This document shows, piece after piece, positions 1-50,899 of a DNA stretch of 64,000 bases. The stretch is from Octopus bimaculoides (lineage: Eukaryota). The stretch lies in NCBI RefSeq assembly GCF_001194135.2, contig NC_068984.1, forward strand, positions 83,657,438 to 83,721,437. The letters run 5' to 3'. The notes under the pieces are model-generated. The model was not told where the DNA came from. It made no database searches and saw nothing but the letters and a program-made list of their open reading frames with translations. The stretch's first letter is position 1. Each line of letters begins with the position of its first letter. The translations under genes and the position numbers were made by a program.

Positions 1-883
1 CCGGGTTATACGTCACTATGAGTAGAGCAACGGACTCCAGTAATTTGAAAATTAGTATCGACCAAACAGAAAGTATCGTCTACAAAGAAGTTTTGTAATC
101 ATATTGATATTACCGAAAGGAATAGGATTCATAATTTGAATAGGTAAATTTGTGAACTTTGAATGTATAAGAGTATAAACAAGCGTAAAATAGTGTAAAC
201 AACTAAAATTAAAGTATATCTAAATTACATATTTATTAATTGGTCGAAGGGAGCTCTGGCGTTCGTTTAGTGTGGTCCACATAATCATTAATGATACAGA
301 GGCTGTATTATTAGCATGTCACTTAATCGCAAACACATGTTATATAGCTGCAATAGAACGTTGTATCTCCAACAATAATGTGATTTCGCTAAGGCATCAC
401 CCAATAATCTATCAACTCCATTTACATATTTCTCTATACATACTGCTGTTGTGACTTCCCTCCCTCATTTTATGCCTCCATTGTAGATGGGTAGATTTGC
501 TAGTTAAAAGTAATGATTGGTTTTATTTAAAGTTCTCTAATGTTTCTGATAAGTTCATTGGCGTCTTAAAAAAAAAACGAACACATAGAGAAATGTAGTC
601 CCTGATATACAAAAGACGGAATGGTGGTGGCTGGAACTTCTTTGATGATATGTCAGCTTGATCAGGACTGATTTAGACTTAAACAACAACATCAATAATA
701 CAAACATCAACATACCATTGCTATCAACATTATCATCAACATCATCAGCAACAACAAGATCAACAACTTTGTATTCTTTTCTTGTTTTGTTTTGTTTTAA
801 AACTGTTTAACGAAGAAAATCTCCTTCAAACATGCACATGTGCAATGATGACACAAACACAAGTTTCACGAATGAAGAACAAA

Positions 884-889
884 TTTATT
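884..889 (-). terminator. Probable polyadenylation signal (AATAAA) of the calmodulin-like gene
   Basis: AATAAA on the minus strand about 125 nt after the TAA stop, followed about 20 nt later by a GU-rich tract (TTGTGTTTGTGTC). Confidence 0.55.
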
Positions 890-1014
890 GAAAATAATCA
901 ACGAAATAATAAACATTATTAATATCACTATTATTATTATCATCATCATAAACACTGTTTATCAACTATTCATGCATGTATATAATATACAAAATAAGAC
1001 AACACCAGCATGCA

Positions 1015-38608
<37,594 letters not shown>

Positions 38609-40354
38609 CGTTGGTGTTACTTGATGTAACTGTAGACTCTGCTCGTCTTCTTGCAGCTGTTCTTCTTCTTGCTGTTGCGGCTGTTGCTGCTGCAGCGTCA
38701 CGAGAAGGTAATTTCCTGCACAACACAAAGCCCTGCACATTGAACTAAGCTTTAACACTATGCTGGAGATACCGAAATATCCCAATGACAATGTCAGCAA
38801 CGACAGCAACGTCAGCGGCGGAGAGTAAGCAGCGTAAGAAGCAGTGACAGCCCCGACAGCTTCTAAATACAATGAATGTAGCTGCGGAAGCTGCGTGTAT
38901 TAGTAACGATGACAGTGGAGCGACTGGTTGAATGGCGACGAGGTAGTGGTGAAATAGTTATAGTAATAGTGAAAACGAAAGTGAAAGTAAGGCTGAATAT
39001 GAAAGCAAACGAAAGGGGTGGAGCTAACGTTAGTTTCAGGCAACGATATTTTCCGCCTACTTTTACCCCGCTCATTCAAGGCACTCCGAATTTCGGAGTG
39101 AGTATGAGTACAGGTGTGAGTATAGCGAAACACTCGTTAATAAGGGGTTGCATTTGAGAAATGGAATCGTAACTTGGAAATATTTCGGTTGTTTATAATT
39201 TTATACTTTTATTTGTTTGCTTTGTGTGTGTGTGTGCGCGTGCGTGTTATTGATTATTTGTTTATATACAGGATTATTATGAAAAAAACTGATTGCTTGT
39301 TTTGTTTTCTTTATATTGCTGCAATTTTTGTTTAACTTTCTATTTCTAATGCTAGTTATGCACTCGTTCTTATTTCTCTACTTGTTGTTATTGTTGCTCT
39401 ATTTGTTGAATGTGTATTTGATTCACTGTTATGATTTGGCATCACAACACTGGCAATACTACAATGATATCAATAACAGTAGTGGGGTGGATAATACAAA
39501 CTTGTAAGAAGAACTGTGCTCTCACCCCAACTTCATTTTTGCTGCAATCAAAGCATATGTAACTATTGCAAGGTATTTGCCAGAAGTATGAGATTCATTA
39601 ACAAATATATACAAATATGTCTACATACCTATGCATATGTGCATATATATTCAAATGTACACTTGCATGCAATTACATATATGTATATGCGTGTGTGTGT
39701 GTTTGAGTGTATGTATATATTACGTATACATACATTTATGTGAGTGCGTGTTGAGATATATATACATATATATATGTATATGTACATATATATATATATA
39801 TGATTATATAATTTCTATACATTACTTATGCAAATATATATGCATGTGTCTTGTGCATATATTACATACGAGCCTATATATATATATATATAGCGTTCAT
39901 ACACATAATTTTTCCCGTCTGGCCGTATAGCCTTTTCTGTTTGTTTTCCTGTCTTGTTTTTTGTCCGCCACTACAAGGTTTAATTTGTGTGTACAAATTT
40001 AATTTGCGGTCTATGGGAAGAGCCGTTTTAGCGATGCGTCCTGCCCAGCTCTTCGAAACTCCGGTGTTAAAACGGGGGTAGCTGATGAAGAAGAATGTTC
40101 TCTATGTGGCTTGTGTGTTTTCTCGTCTACGTTTTGTTTGCAATGTCCTGTACCCAGATATGCACCTATACATACAGGTGGATGTCGGTATGCACATACC
40201 TGTACGTATATATGCATATACTCATTTACTGTTTGTTATATATATATATATGTATGTATGTATGTATGTTTTTATGTATGTACGTGTGTATATATATATG
40301 TATATGTATGTATTTTTACGGGTGCAATGTATATATATATATATATATATTACA

Positions 40355-40404
<50 letters not shown>

Positions 40405-40520
40405 TACATAAATATGCGTGTATATATGTATATATGTATATACATTTACACCTAACACTCTATACGTATATATACATATACACCTAACACTATTATATTA
40501 TATATGTGTTAGTGTTAGTG

Positions 40521-40593
<73 letters not shown>

Positions 40594-41126
40594 CTGTGTG
40601 TGTACAAATATAATGTATGCTATACTAATATTGTGTTTGAGTTAAGATTCTATCGATTTGTACAAATATACAAAGTGAGCAACGACATCTGAGGAAAGAT
40701 TTGCCTCCGCGGAATTCGATGTGTGAATGGCGGCGTTAGCAGAACAGACATGAATATATGTAGCAGACTGCTGCTGCAAATTATGTGACAGTTGCTGCAG
40801 CTGCAACGCATCTTGTTATTGAACATGTCGTCTCATTAACATTATTATTGTTGTTACTATTATTAGCAACGCTTTTGTTAGGCAGGGAAATCCGGGATTT
40901 TGTGGGGATTTCCTGATTGGTTGTCTGTAGCAGTCAGAATTTTCGAAGGAAAAATATATAAATACACGCGCATGCGCGCACTCACTCATGCATATATACA
41001 CACACATACAAGTGTGTGTGTTAGTATGAGTGTATATATATATATATATATATACACGCTTACATGTGCGTTTATATACTCTTATATATATACATACACA
41101 CATACACACACACACACATACTATAT

Positions 41127-41210
41127 CAGTGTTGCCCAACCTTTTCACTACCAAGGACCCCTTTTATATGAATGAGTTTTCCTACAGGCCCCTTTTAATA
41201 TACTTAGTCT

Positions 41211-41278
<68 letters not shown>

Positions 41279-41367
41279 TGTATGAAATTTTGAATTTAGT
41301 TCACGCACCCCCACTACTACCTTTACAGACCATCAAGGATGTGCGGGCCACAAGTTGGGAATCACTG
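41127..41367. mobile_element. hAT (Charlie-like) MITE with a perfect 8-bp TSD
   Basis: TIRs cagtgttgcccaac / gttgggaatcactg; TSD TACTATAT at 41119-41126 and 41368-41375. Confidence 0.85.
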
Positions 41368-41458
41368 TACTATATGCATATATGTAAATGCATATATATA
41401 AAGATATATGTGTATGCGTATGTGTACAAATATATATAAATATTGTGCGTGTGTGTGT

Positions 41459-41509
<51 letters not shown>

Positions 41510-42440
41510 TGTAGTGGAAGCCGTTTTTATATTTACAGACAGCATTATTAAACGTTTTAGTTACAAAATGAGTGGGTTCCAAATGTGTTCAGAATAATAT
41601 TATACCCTCTGCTTGATGTTATCAGTTTGTTATTGCTACTTCAAAAACTCCGTCTGAAAGTGTTCACTACTGATGCATGTACAGTCTTCCACACTGCACG
41701 TATATNNNNNNNNNNNNNNNNNNNNNNNNNNNNNNNNNNNNNNNNNNNNNNNNNNNNNNNNNNNNNNNNNNNNNNNNNNNNNNNNNNNNNNNNNNNNNNN
41801 NNNNNNNNNNNNNNNNNNNNNNNNNNNNNNNNNNNNNNNNNNNNNNNNNNNNNNNNNNNNNNNNNNNNNNNNNNNNNNNNNNNNNNNNNNNNNNNNNNNN
41901 NNNNNNNNNNNNNNNNNNNNNNNNNNNNNNNNNNNNNNNNNNNNNNNNNNNNNNNNNNNNNNNNNNNNNNNNNNNNNNNNNNNNNNNNNNNNNNNNNNNN
42001 NNNNNNNNNNNNNNNNNNNNNNNNNNNNNNNNNNNNNNNNNNNNNNNNNNNNNNNNNNNNNNNNNNNNNNNNNNNNNNNNNNNNNNNNNNNNNNNNNNNN
42101 NNNNNNNNNNNNNNNNNNNNNNNNNNNNNNNNNNNNNNNNNNNNNNNNNNNNNNNNNNNNNNNNNNNNNNNNNNNNNNNNNNNNNNNNNNNNNNNNNNNN
42201 NNNNNNNNNNNNNNNNNNNNNNNNNNNNNNNNNNNNNNNNNNNNNNNNNNNNNNNNNNNNNNNNNNNNNNNNNNNNNNNNNNNNNNNNNNNNNNNNNNNN
42301 NNNNNNNNNNNNNNNNNNNNNNNNNNNNNNNNNNNNNNNNNNNNNNNNNNNNNNNNNNNNNNNNNNNNNNNNNNNNNNNNNNNNNNNNNNNNNNNNNNNN
42401 NNNNNNNNNNNNNNNNNNNNNNNNNNNNNNNNNNNNNNNN

Positions 42441-44071
42441 CATGGGATTTCCAGTTGCCTTAAGAAGTTTTGAAGTTTCAATGAGATTGAGCCCAGCGCT
42501 CCGATCACCACTGGTATCACTTTTACATTACCCTCTCGCATTCCATACAGTCTTGCCATTTCCACTTTCAATTCGGAGTACTTGGTGATTTTTTCAACTT
42601 CTTTACTCACAACATTCATGTCATTTGGTATGGCTACATCAATGATCTGACAGTATTTGTCTCTCTTATTCGATATGACAATATCCGGCCGATGGTGTTC
42701 GATTACACGATCTGTCTGAAAATCATAGTCCCAGAGTATCGTTACTTTTCCATCCTTCTGCATAACTTTACTTGGTACTTGCTCATACCATTTCTGTTAT
42801 TTCATATTGGTATTTACAGCATAAGAGCCAATGAAGATACACACATACTTTATCGTAGAGGCGCTCGTATTCTTTTTGTACAAAGCTCTCACATTCACTT
42901 ACCAAGTGGGTCACATTTTCCACACTCTTTCCACAGAGTCTGCATTTCTGGGTGTCAGAAGTTTTGTAGATGTTGTACTTCACTGAATTGGTAGCGAGAG
43001 CCTGGTCTTGTGCAGCAATGATCAGACTTTCGGTGGTACGCTTCAAATCACCTGGCTCAAGCCATGCCCACGATGCTGTATTATCCTTAACGTCTTGTAA
43101 GGCGGCGAGCTGGCAGAAACGTTAGCACACCGGGCGAAACGCTTAACGATATTTCGTTTGTCCTCACGTTTTGAGTTCAAATTCCGCCGAGATTGACTTT
43201 GCCTTTCATTCTTTCGGGGTCGATTAAATAAGTACCAATTACGCACTAATTTGTCTGTCCTTGTTTGTCCCCTCTATATTTAGCCCCCTGTCGGCAATAA
43301 AGAAATAATTATCCTTAACGTCTTGTGTATTCCTTTCAAACTGTCCATGCATTCTCATTTCAAGAAGGTCTTCTTTTCTCTTCTCCTCAGATCTTTGGTT
43401 AAATTCTTCCTTGCCCATCATTTCATCTACATTTATACCCATATCTTTCGCGGCATATTGCAGCAGCAGCAGGTCTTCATCACTATTTATCAAATACTCG
43501 GCAAGCGTTCTCCTTTTACTCCTTATATAATGGTCTATACAAATTAGTCCTCTGCCACCATTCTTTCTTTTCATATAGTCTGTTTACGTTTGCTTTAAGA
43601 TGTAGCGCCCCATGCAGCGTCATCAACTTTCTCGTCCTTCTATCCAGTGTTGATATTTCCTCCTCCTTAGACCATTTGAGGATGGACGCACTATATCTGA
43701 CCACCGCACTGCCCAGATATTCATTGCGGTATTTCAAATTTTTGGCATTCAGGTTGGAATTCAACACCATCTTCACCATTTTTTGATACGCTTCGCTGAC
43801 CTTGACTCATTTCTCTGTGTAGAATGTCATCCAGCTCCAAAATCCCTAAATATTTATACCCATTACAGTCGGGTTCACCCATGGTCTCTCCTGATGGTAA
43901 TCGCAATCCTCTGCAGGCTGCTTTCTTCTCTCTTTTCATATTAAGTACTTAGCATTTGGTAAACCCGAATTCCATACCGATGTCCCTATCACACTTCTGG
44001 GCCGTTTTGGTTAAGGAATCTATCTGTTTTTCAGATTTCCCAAACAATTTCAGGTCACCCATAAACAGAAG
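42441..44071 (-). mobile_element. 5'-truncated, decayed R4/Dong-like RLE non-LTR retrotransposon (RT C-terminal half, CCHC knuckle, restriction-like endonuclease)
   Basis: LLFMGDLKLFG (YMDD-type site mutated), YKYLGILELD, KCRLCGKSVENVTHLVSEC, ILWDYDFQTDRVIEHHRPDIV..IIDVAIP..EKITKYSEL..VIPVVIGALG. Frameshifts present; the 3' end runs into a gap. Confidence 0.9.
43099..43307 (+). mobile_element. Full-length tRNA-derived SINE (family A head and core, different tail) inserted in the LINE
   Basis: A-box TGGCAGAAACG, B-box GAGTTCAAATTCC; flanked by a perfect 19-bp TSD ATTATCCTTAACGTCTTGT (43080-43098, 43308-43326). Confidence 0.92.
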
Positions 44072-44118
44072 TTGTTGTTATTATTACTATTATTATTATT
44101 ATTATCATTAATATTATT

Positions 44119-44186
<68 letters not shown>

Positions 44187-44195
44187 TATTATTAT
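44072..44195. repeat. Compound (GTT/ATT/ATC)n microsatellite abutting the 5' end of the R4-like LINE
   Basis: Direct reading. Confidence 0.9.
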
Positions 44196-44519
44196 TTAAT
44201 TGTCACAACATTCTACTTCATTCTCATCTACAGTAGTTTCTAAAGATCCTTGACTCTTTGATGAGACAATCTTCCTTCATCCGTCGACCTTTTGCGCAGT
44301 TTCTTGAAGACTACTAAATGTAGACTTGAAGATTTTGGCCAAGGTGTTAACGAAGAGATATTCTGACTGGTATTGCGTAAACATGGGCTGTCCCAAACAG
44401 ATCTATTCACGATAACTTCCATCTCATGTGATACTTCATAGAGAGAGGTAAGAAACCTAGCATGGGTGGGGATCTGATCAATTTAAATCAATCAAAAGCT
44501 TTCGCTACCAGCTCTTAGC

Positions 44520-45250
44520 GGTTGTCCTCGCGACAGCTGGTTTCGGTCTCATTTTCAAAGGCTGGATCGCTAGAATGTACGGCGACATCTAATTGATGCT
44601 AAGAGTAAGTGGCCAGTTATCGGAACCATTTAGTATCATGTGCTCTGTTCTTCAAGATTCTCCCTTCTCGTTCCTTCAGCATGTACTAACCCTAGAGCCA
44701 CTATTGCAGAGACTGGGACTGAAAATATTACATTCATATCTGCACTGGGTTTGCCTAGGAGATTATTGTGTCCTAGCACATGTGCTGCCTCTTCTAATTT
44801 TCGTCTTTTCCAGTGGTGTTCTCTGTTTATTATTTTAACTTCATCCCACAGGGAGAGATGGTCTCCGTTTTCCCATACATGATCGACTATATCCGATTTG
44901 TTAAATATCCCCTCGTGTCACAGCTTTACGATATTCCTTCTACCCTTATTTTAAGAGGGTGACATGTTTCGCCTTTGTATAACCTACCGCAACTGCATGG
45001 GATGGAGTACACGCAGTTTTTTGTCATATTCTATTCTATGGGTGGTTTTACTCGAAGATATTTGTGAAGTGATGTATTACTTCTGAATACTTTCTTGGTG
45101 TCATAAGACCACATATCTCTTGTATCTTTTCCGGGGGGGTGGAGCTTTGACATAGTGTAGACAGACTGTGGTCAGTTTTGGGGTTTCATCCTCGGTCCTC
45201 TTCCTAACTGGAGTGGGTAGTATATTTTCTGGATAGTTGTTGCAAAGCAG
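44520..45250 (-). mobile_element. Decayed Penelope-like element: C-terminal GIY-YIG endonuclease and 3' region
   Basis: NMTKNCVYSIPCSCGRLYKGETCHPLKIRVE and DHVWENGDHLSLWDEVKIINREHHWKRRKLEEAAH. Hammerhead-like relic TTGAAAA-tgagacc-GAAACCAGCTGTC at about 44526-44563. Confidence 0.8.
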
Positions 45251-45312
45251 ATCATTTCTTCGTAGTGTGTATCAGGATCACTACTTTGCTCGATGTTTTA
45301 GGCACTGAGATT

Positions 45313-45314
45313 AG

Positions 45315-45393
<79 letters not shown>
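45313..45393. repeat. (GATA)n microsatellite
   Basis: Direct reading. Confidence 0.95.
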
Positions 45394-45394
<1 letters not shown>

Positions 45395-45984
45395 GCACAT
45401 ATGCAAACGCAAACAGACGCACGCACAAACACAGACACACGCACGCGTGAGTATATCATATTATATCATATATACACATATGTATGAGTAAGTAAATTAC
45501 GTGTTGCATATATGAATTGTGTCACATGAATTTATACTGCATTTTTCAGTATAAAATTATTCTGTTTGTATGTGTGTTTGTGTGCATGTTTGTGTGCATG
45601 TTTGTGTGCGTGTGTGTCAAAATATGTGTGTGTTTGCGCGCGTATGTGTGTGTATACGTGCATATTTGGTGTGTGTGCACGAACGTGTAAGTGCGTGTGT
45701 GTGGAGCATTGCTCCGAACAATTTATTACCCAATGGCATTCTAATGAATATGCAATATGTGTCTGAAGATTGTTAGTCAAACAGACTTACACACAGATTA
45801 CACACTTACAGACTTACACACTCTCTGTCATACACATACACACACACTCACAAAACACAGACACTTACAAACACACGCTACGCACACCACACAAACACAC
45901 ATACATACATACATACATACATACATACATACATGCATGCATACGCACGCACACACACACATATACACACACACAGATATATTC

Positions 45985-46100
45985 TTTCTAAAATTTGCCA
46001 CAAGGTCAGCAATTTTGTGCACAAATAATACTTTATTTAACGAGCCCAAAAGGATGAAATGCAAAGTTGACCTCAGCGAGATTTGAACTCAGAACGTAAA
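45985..46100 (-). mobile_element. SINE family A, partial
   Basis: ggatgaaatgcaaagttgacctcagcgagatttgaactcagaacgtaaaga. Confidence 0.75.
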
Positions 46101-46361
46101 GACACACGCACGCCTACAGACGCAAAAACGCGCGCGCGCGCACACACAATTTAAAAAATTTAAATGAACTNNNNNNNNNNNNNNNNNNNNNNNNNNNNNN
46201 NNNNNNNNNNNNNNNNNNNNNNNNNNNNNNNNNNNNNNNNNNNNNNNNNNNNNNNNNNNNNNNNNNNNNNNNNNNNNNNNNNNNNNNNNNNNNNNNNNNN
46301 NNNNNNNNNNNNNNNNNNNNNNNNNNNNNNNNNNNNNNNNNNNNNNNNNNNNNNNNNNNNN

Positions 46362-46407
<46 letters not shown>

Positions 46408-46419
46408 TTTGTGTTTGTT

Positions 46420-46600
46420 CCACAAAAATCGCTTGACAACCGGTGTTGATTCGTTTACGTCCCTGTAACTAAGCAGATCGGCCAAAGGGGCAGCTGGAGT
46501 AAGTACTACGCATAAAAATTAGTACTAAAGTCGATTTGTTCGACTAAACTTTTCAAGGTGGTGCCCCAACATGGCCGCAATCCAAACAAGTAAAAAATAA
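46420..46600 (+). mobile_element. SINE-like dispersed repeat family B
   Basis: Clear similarity to 35270-35468. Confidence 0.7.
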
Positions 46601-47758
46601 CAAAGGTCATTTGCATGAATTTAAATAAATTAGTTAAGAGAGGTATGTAGTGAACAACGTACACAGAAAAGTCTTGATTAATTGAAATTTCTAGTAGTCA
46701 GAAGAAAAAGAGCGACGACCATGACCTATTTAAAAGGCCTCCAAGAATTCTAATGGGGAAAAAGAAGAGTGATCCCTATTCTGGAGAAGTTGTCCTAATG
46801 TGTGCCATAGAGTGGACTCTGTTAGAGACACACAAGATCAATGTGGTTGTGCTGAACTGGACGAAAAATAAGATCTTACTACGCACATAAAAATGAAACT
46901 TAGTTAAACTATCGCGAATACGCAGTTATTTTAGGATTTCTGGGTTTTGGGGTTTTTTCTTTTCTTTTTTTTTTCTTGCCTTTTCCTAGCTATAACGGAG
47001 TGAGGCAATGAAGAAACATATACATGGTCGCTCGATCTGCTAGAAATAGCAGCTAAGTCACTCTAACAAAAATTACAGCCTACCGTCTAAAATGAGGAAG
47101 GAACCCACTGAATAACTTGGTCCGAGATGTAACTTTTCTGTAAAAGAAAAAATGACAGGATGGTCACGGCTGGAACGTTTTTTATGATGGTTTTTCCCCC
47201 TCCTGAGCTGGCCTGTAGAAAAACAACCACACAGATACGACCAATACTGACAGAAAAATCCCAACATCAACGCCAATATAACTAGCCAACACCATTGCAC
47301 CCACCAACACACTACAATTACCAAAGCAATCAACATTGACACCACCAACACCAACTCAAGGAACACCAAAACACTGTACCTTCACTGCCACCACCAACAC
47401 CACCATCACCAACGCACCAATGATATTTTCATAACCAACACCACCACCACCACCACCACCACATCCTCTATCGCTATCATATTCATATCACTTGGCTGTT
47501 GTGAGAAAAATGTAAATTTTGTTCTACATAACGTCTACTCACCAATGCATTGAGCGGTAATAACTGTGTAAATGGTATCACATAACTTCATAACTATGTG
47601 ATACGAATAAAGATATGTCACTGCATTTATGCATAATTATATTTGCATATCATCGACACCATTATCGCAGCCCTAGTAACCGTGTGAGAGACACTTCCTG
47701 GTGGTGGATGACTTTAACTTAAACTCGCCGCCGCCGCCATCACCATCACCATCATCAC

Positions 47759-47790
<32 letters not shown>

Positions 47791-49149
47791 TCATTGTCGT
47801 CGTCGTTAGCCCAGGTCAACCTTCATCAAGCAGAACAAAACTCAGAGCCGTTCAGTAGTGAGTATGCCTCTTTTAGTCTATCGGCTACTACATAGTATAA
47901 TCTGCATTCCTCTCCTTTTAAATTTGGTAGGGTTTAATGTAAAGGAGATTTGTGTATCAAGACATTTCTTGCACGTTGATGACTTTGACAGTGTTGCATA
48001 CAATAAAAAAATATCTTCAAACTGTTATGGATAAAATTTCATTGACATGTAGCGTTTTAACCCTTACAATAAATCACCATAAAACTGCTGTTCTTTATCA
48101 GCCCTACCTTGGAAATAAATCATCGTTAGAATCCTTGTATGGGTACTGATAGTATATGGTAAAACTTTGAAAAATATTTTCCGCCGAGAGTTTATACACC
48201 CTAATATTAGACTATTTTCTATAGCCAATATACGGTGAAAGCTTATAATTATATTTTGAAAAACATACCTTTCTTCAAATACTGTGGCAGGATATTCAAC
48301 GGGAATGCAAATCTTCGTGACAAAATCGCAGATAGATTTAAAAAATCATTGATATCTTTTGGAAAATTACAGTCGTCATTATAGTCCCACATCTTTAAAA
48401 AAAATAGACACTAAATAACTATTCTTATAACAGACATTTTACCTGCTTTGCCTTGACTGTAAAATATGCACACTGTATTCAAAACCAGCTAAACAGTTAT
48501 ACAGCCGAGTAGTTTGACTGTCAGGCATTTTGACAATATGTCCAGCCCAACACAGTTGGATTTATTTGAGCTTAGCAAATAAACTTAGAGAATTGGCACG
48601 CATGAAAACTTTTCAATTAGGAATTTTGTCTTGCAGCTTTATATTTAGAATCTTCCTTACACAAAACATGTAGAAATAATTAAGCACATAAGTATGGGAT
48701 TGGCATTCTCTCAATTTCCTCGCCGTAAGGGAGAGTTGGGTGGATGACAGCATTGTTGACTTTGATTTTAGGATCTATGCATATACCTAGGTTTGCCCCA
48801 CACAATGCGCCACGGTTTTTCAAAAGCTGCACTCACCTTGTTAATGCATATTGGTTTCAAATTTTGGCACAAGGCCAGTAATTGCGAGGAGTGGATTAAG
48901 TCGATTACATCAACAGAACTGTAACCAAATGTCTTGACCATCGTGCCTTTTCCTATGTACAGGAATTCCAGAACCACATTATCCACGTGTCCTTTCCGAA
49001 TACAGCAGTGTGTAATTTCTAGAATGACGAGCAATCACTAAAAACTCTCTTGGTGATTTGTATATGTTACTGGTTTGGTCCGGAAAAAGCAGTTGTGTGT
49101 CGTACCTATGGCCTTCGCAGGCAGTTCGAGACAAATGAATCGATGCAGT

Positions 49150-50014
49150 TAACATTCCTTCTCAACGGCTACATTTCAATATCTGAAGGGAATATATGAG
49201 CAGGGGTGGACTTCTATAAGGACAACCAGGGTACGACGAACTGGTCGCAAGGGTTAGTACAGTTCTGGAATCTTGGCATGATATAGTCACAAACAAAAGA
49301 GGAGTTAGTTGGAAGTACCTGAGTGGAGATGACAGGAGATCAGCAAACATGTTGAAGCAGAAGCCACTTTAGTCGTAGTGGAAAATGCAAAAAGAGGAGA
49401 CCACGTCTAAAGCCCATTGGTGTCTTGATGAATGACTTCATATTAATCTGGCGATTAGCCTTTCTTTGGATGTCATTTGGAATGTCTATGGATGTCTGTA
49501 GGATGTCTGTATGTTCAGTGGTAGCATCACCCCAAACGTGGGAGTAGTCTTCTATTGTGGGTTTCGCCTGAGCTTCTCAAAGGATTAATAGTTACTTGAT
49601 GCCGAAGGATCTTTAGGTTTTGAAGCGGAAAGCCAGTCGCCTTTATAATGCTATTTTTGCTATGTTGAGGAATTGTTTTCACCGGGATGATGAGGTCTAG
49701 CATTTGTAACGTACTTGAGATTTCTAGTTGTGTACCGCTGATGTTTAGATTACGGGAGGTTTGCGGTAATGTCATCTTGATATATATAGTGATCGTGTAT
49801 TTTTGGTGTCAGAGAAGACACGATTTGGTGGTGTCAATGCAGATTTGGCGTGAGATGTGGAAGTATAGCGGTGACATGTGGATGATGTTTGACTACAGAA
49901 TGTTAAGGAAGAATGAAGAGTGGTATCATCTGCTATAAGTGGACACTTTTCACAGTGGAGTGAATAAATCGCTGCTGTTACAGAAGGAGAGGAAGAGATC
50001 GAAATTTGGAGCAC
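49150..50014 (-). mobile_element. Decayed Jockey/CR1/L2-group LINE reverse transcriptase fragment
   Basis: PLIADDTTLHSS (YADD-type site) and, after frameshifts, AQAKPTIEDYSHVWG (compare LYKAQIRP..EYCSHVW). Confidence 0.55.
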
Positions 50015-50899
50015 ACCAATGTGCTTAGAGTGTGAGTCAAAGAAGGCACCACCAACATGCGCTGCAATGGTGCAATCTGATTAGAAGCCATCGATCCAAA
50101 ACACTAGAAAGAGATGAAAGCCCTCAACGAGATGCTTTGACAGGAGATTCACGAAATAGACACTGGCGAGAGCCTTACTTATATCAAGAACAACAACACT
50201 GCCTTCACCAAATTTCACGAATGCGAGAACTCACTAGGGAATGACCCGGTAGAGCTGGTTTCCTGACTTGCTGTATATGCGTATATTTACATGTATGAAT
50301 CTACACATATGTACAAATACATATATGTGTGTGCGTATATTTTTACATGAGAGTGCTTACATTGATATATAAAATAAACTAAAACCATATTGCATATACT
50401 CAAAGGCACACATAGACGCACATACATAGTCAGGTACACGTATCTATGCATATACACATGCACATGCATAATGCCTATCATTAATTCATCAACCTCAACA
50501 ACATGCAATAGTGTTACTAAGGTGACAACTAGCAAACGAGACGCATTAAGTTAATTTAAAATATAATATCGGTGGAAATGTTGTCATGGTGATAACAAGC
50601 GTTTATATTATCAATTTGTGTGATAAAGACAAACGATCCAATGTAGCCTGGTTTATCTATCGGATATATCCTATATCCTATAACATAGCATCCTCTGTTG
50701 GCCAGAGATAGGAGCATGAAACATATATAGAAATATGAGGTCTTTAATGCTAGGGGTTATCGTCATTCTGACGTAGCTTGCTGACAGTGATACTATACTA
50801 GCCAATCAAAATATAAGAGTGACTTTGGTACTTTGGTACAAGGCCACAGTTTTCAAACAGGGTAGAATTGGTTATAGGTGACAAATTCTCTGATGCACT

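Noticed and set aside
38930-38950. Plus-strand ATGGCGACGAG|gtagtg, a possible first exon of a divergent gene
   Set aside because: No downstream plus-strand exons could be identified in 39-64 kb.
39192-39197. TATAAA on the minus strand upstream of exon 1
   Set aside because: The motif is common in AT-rich DNA, lies about 590 nt from the ATG, and has no TSS evidence.
40007-40095. Hammerhead-like arrangement: GAAGAGC/GCTCTTC stem, GAAAC, hairpin, GTA, then CTGATGA
   Set aside because: As type I, the upstream core reads CTATGG rather than CTGATGA. As type II, stem I would be a single nucleotide. No valid topology can be drawn; at most a rearranged relic.
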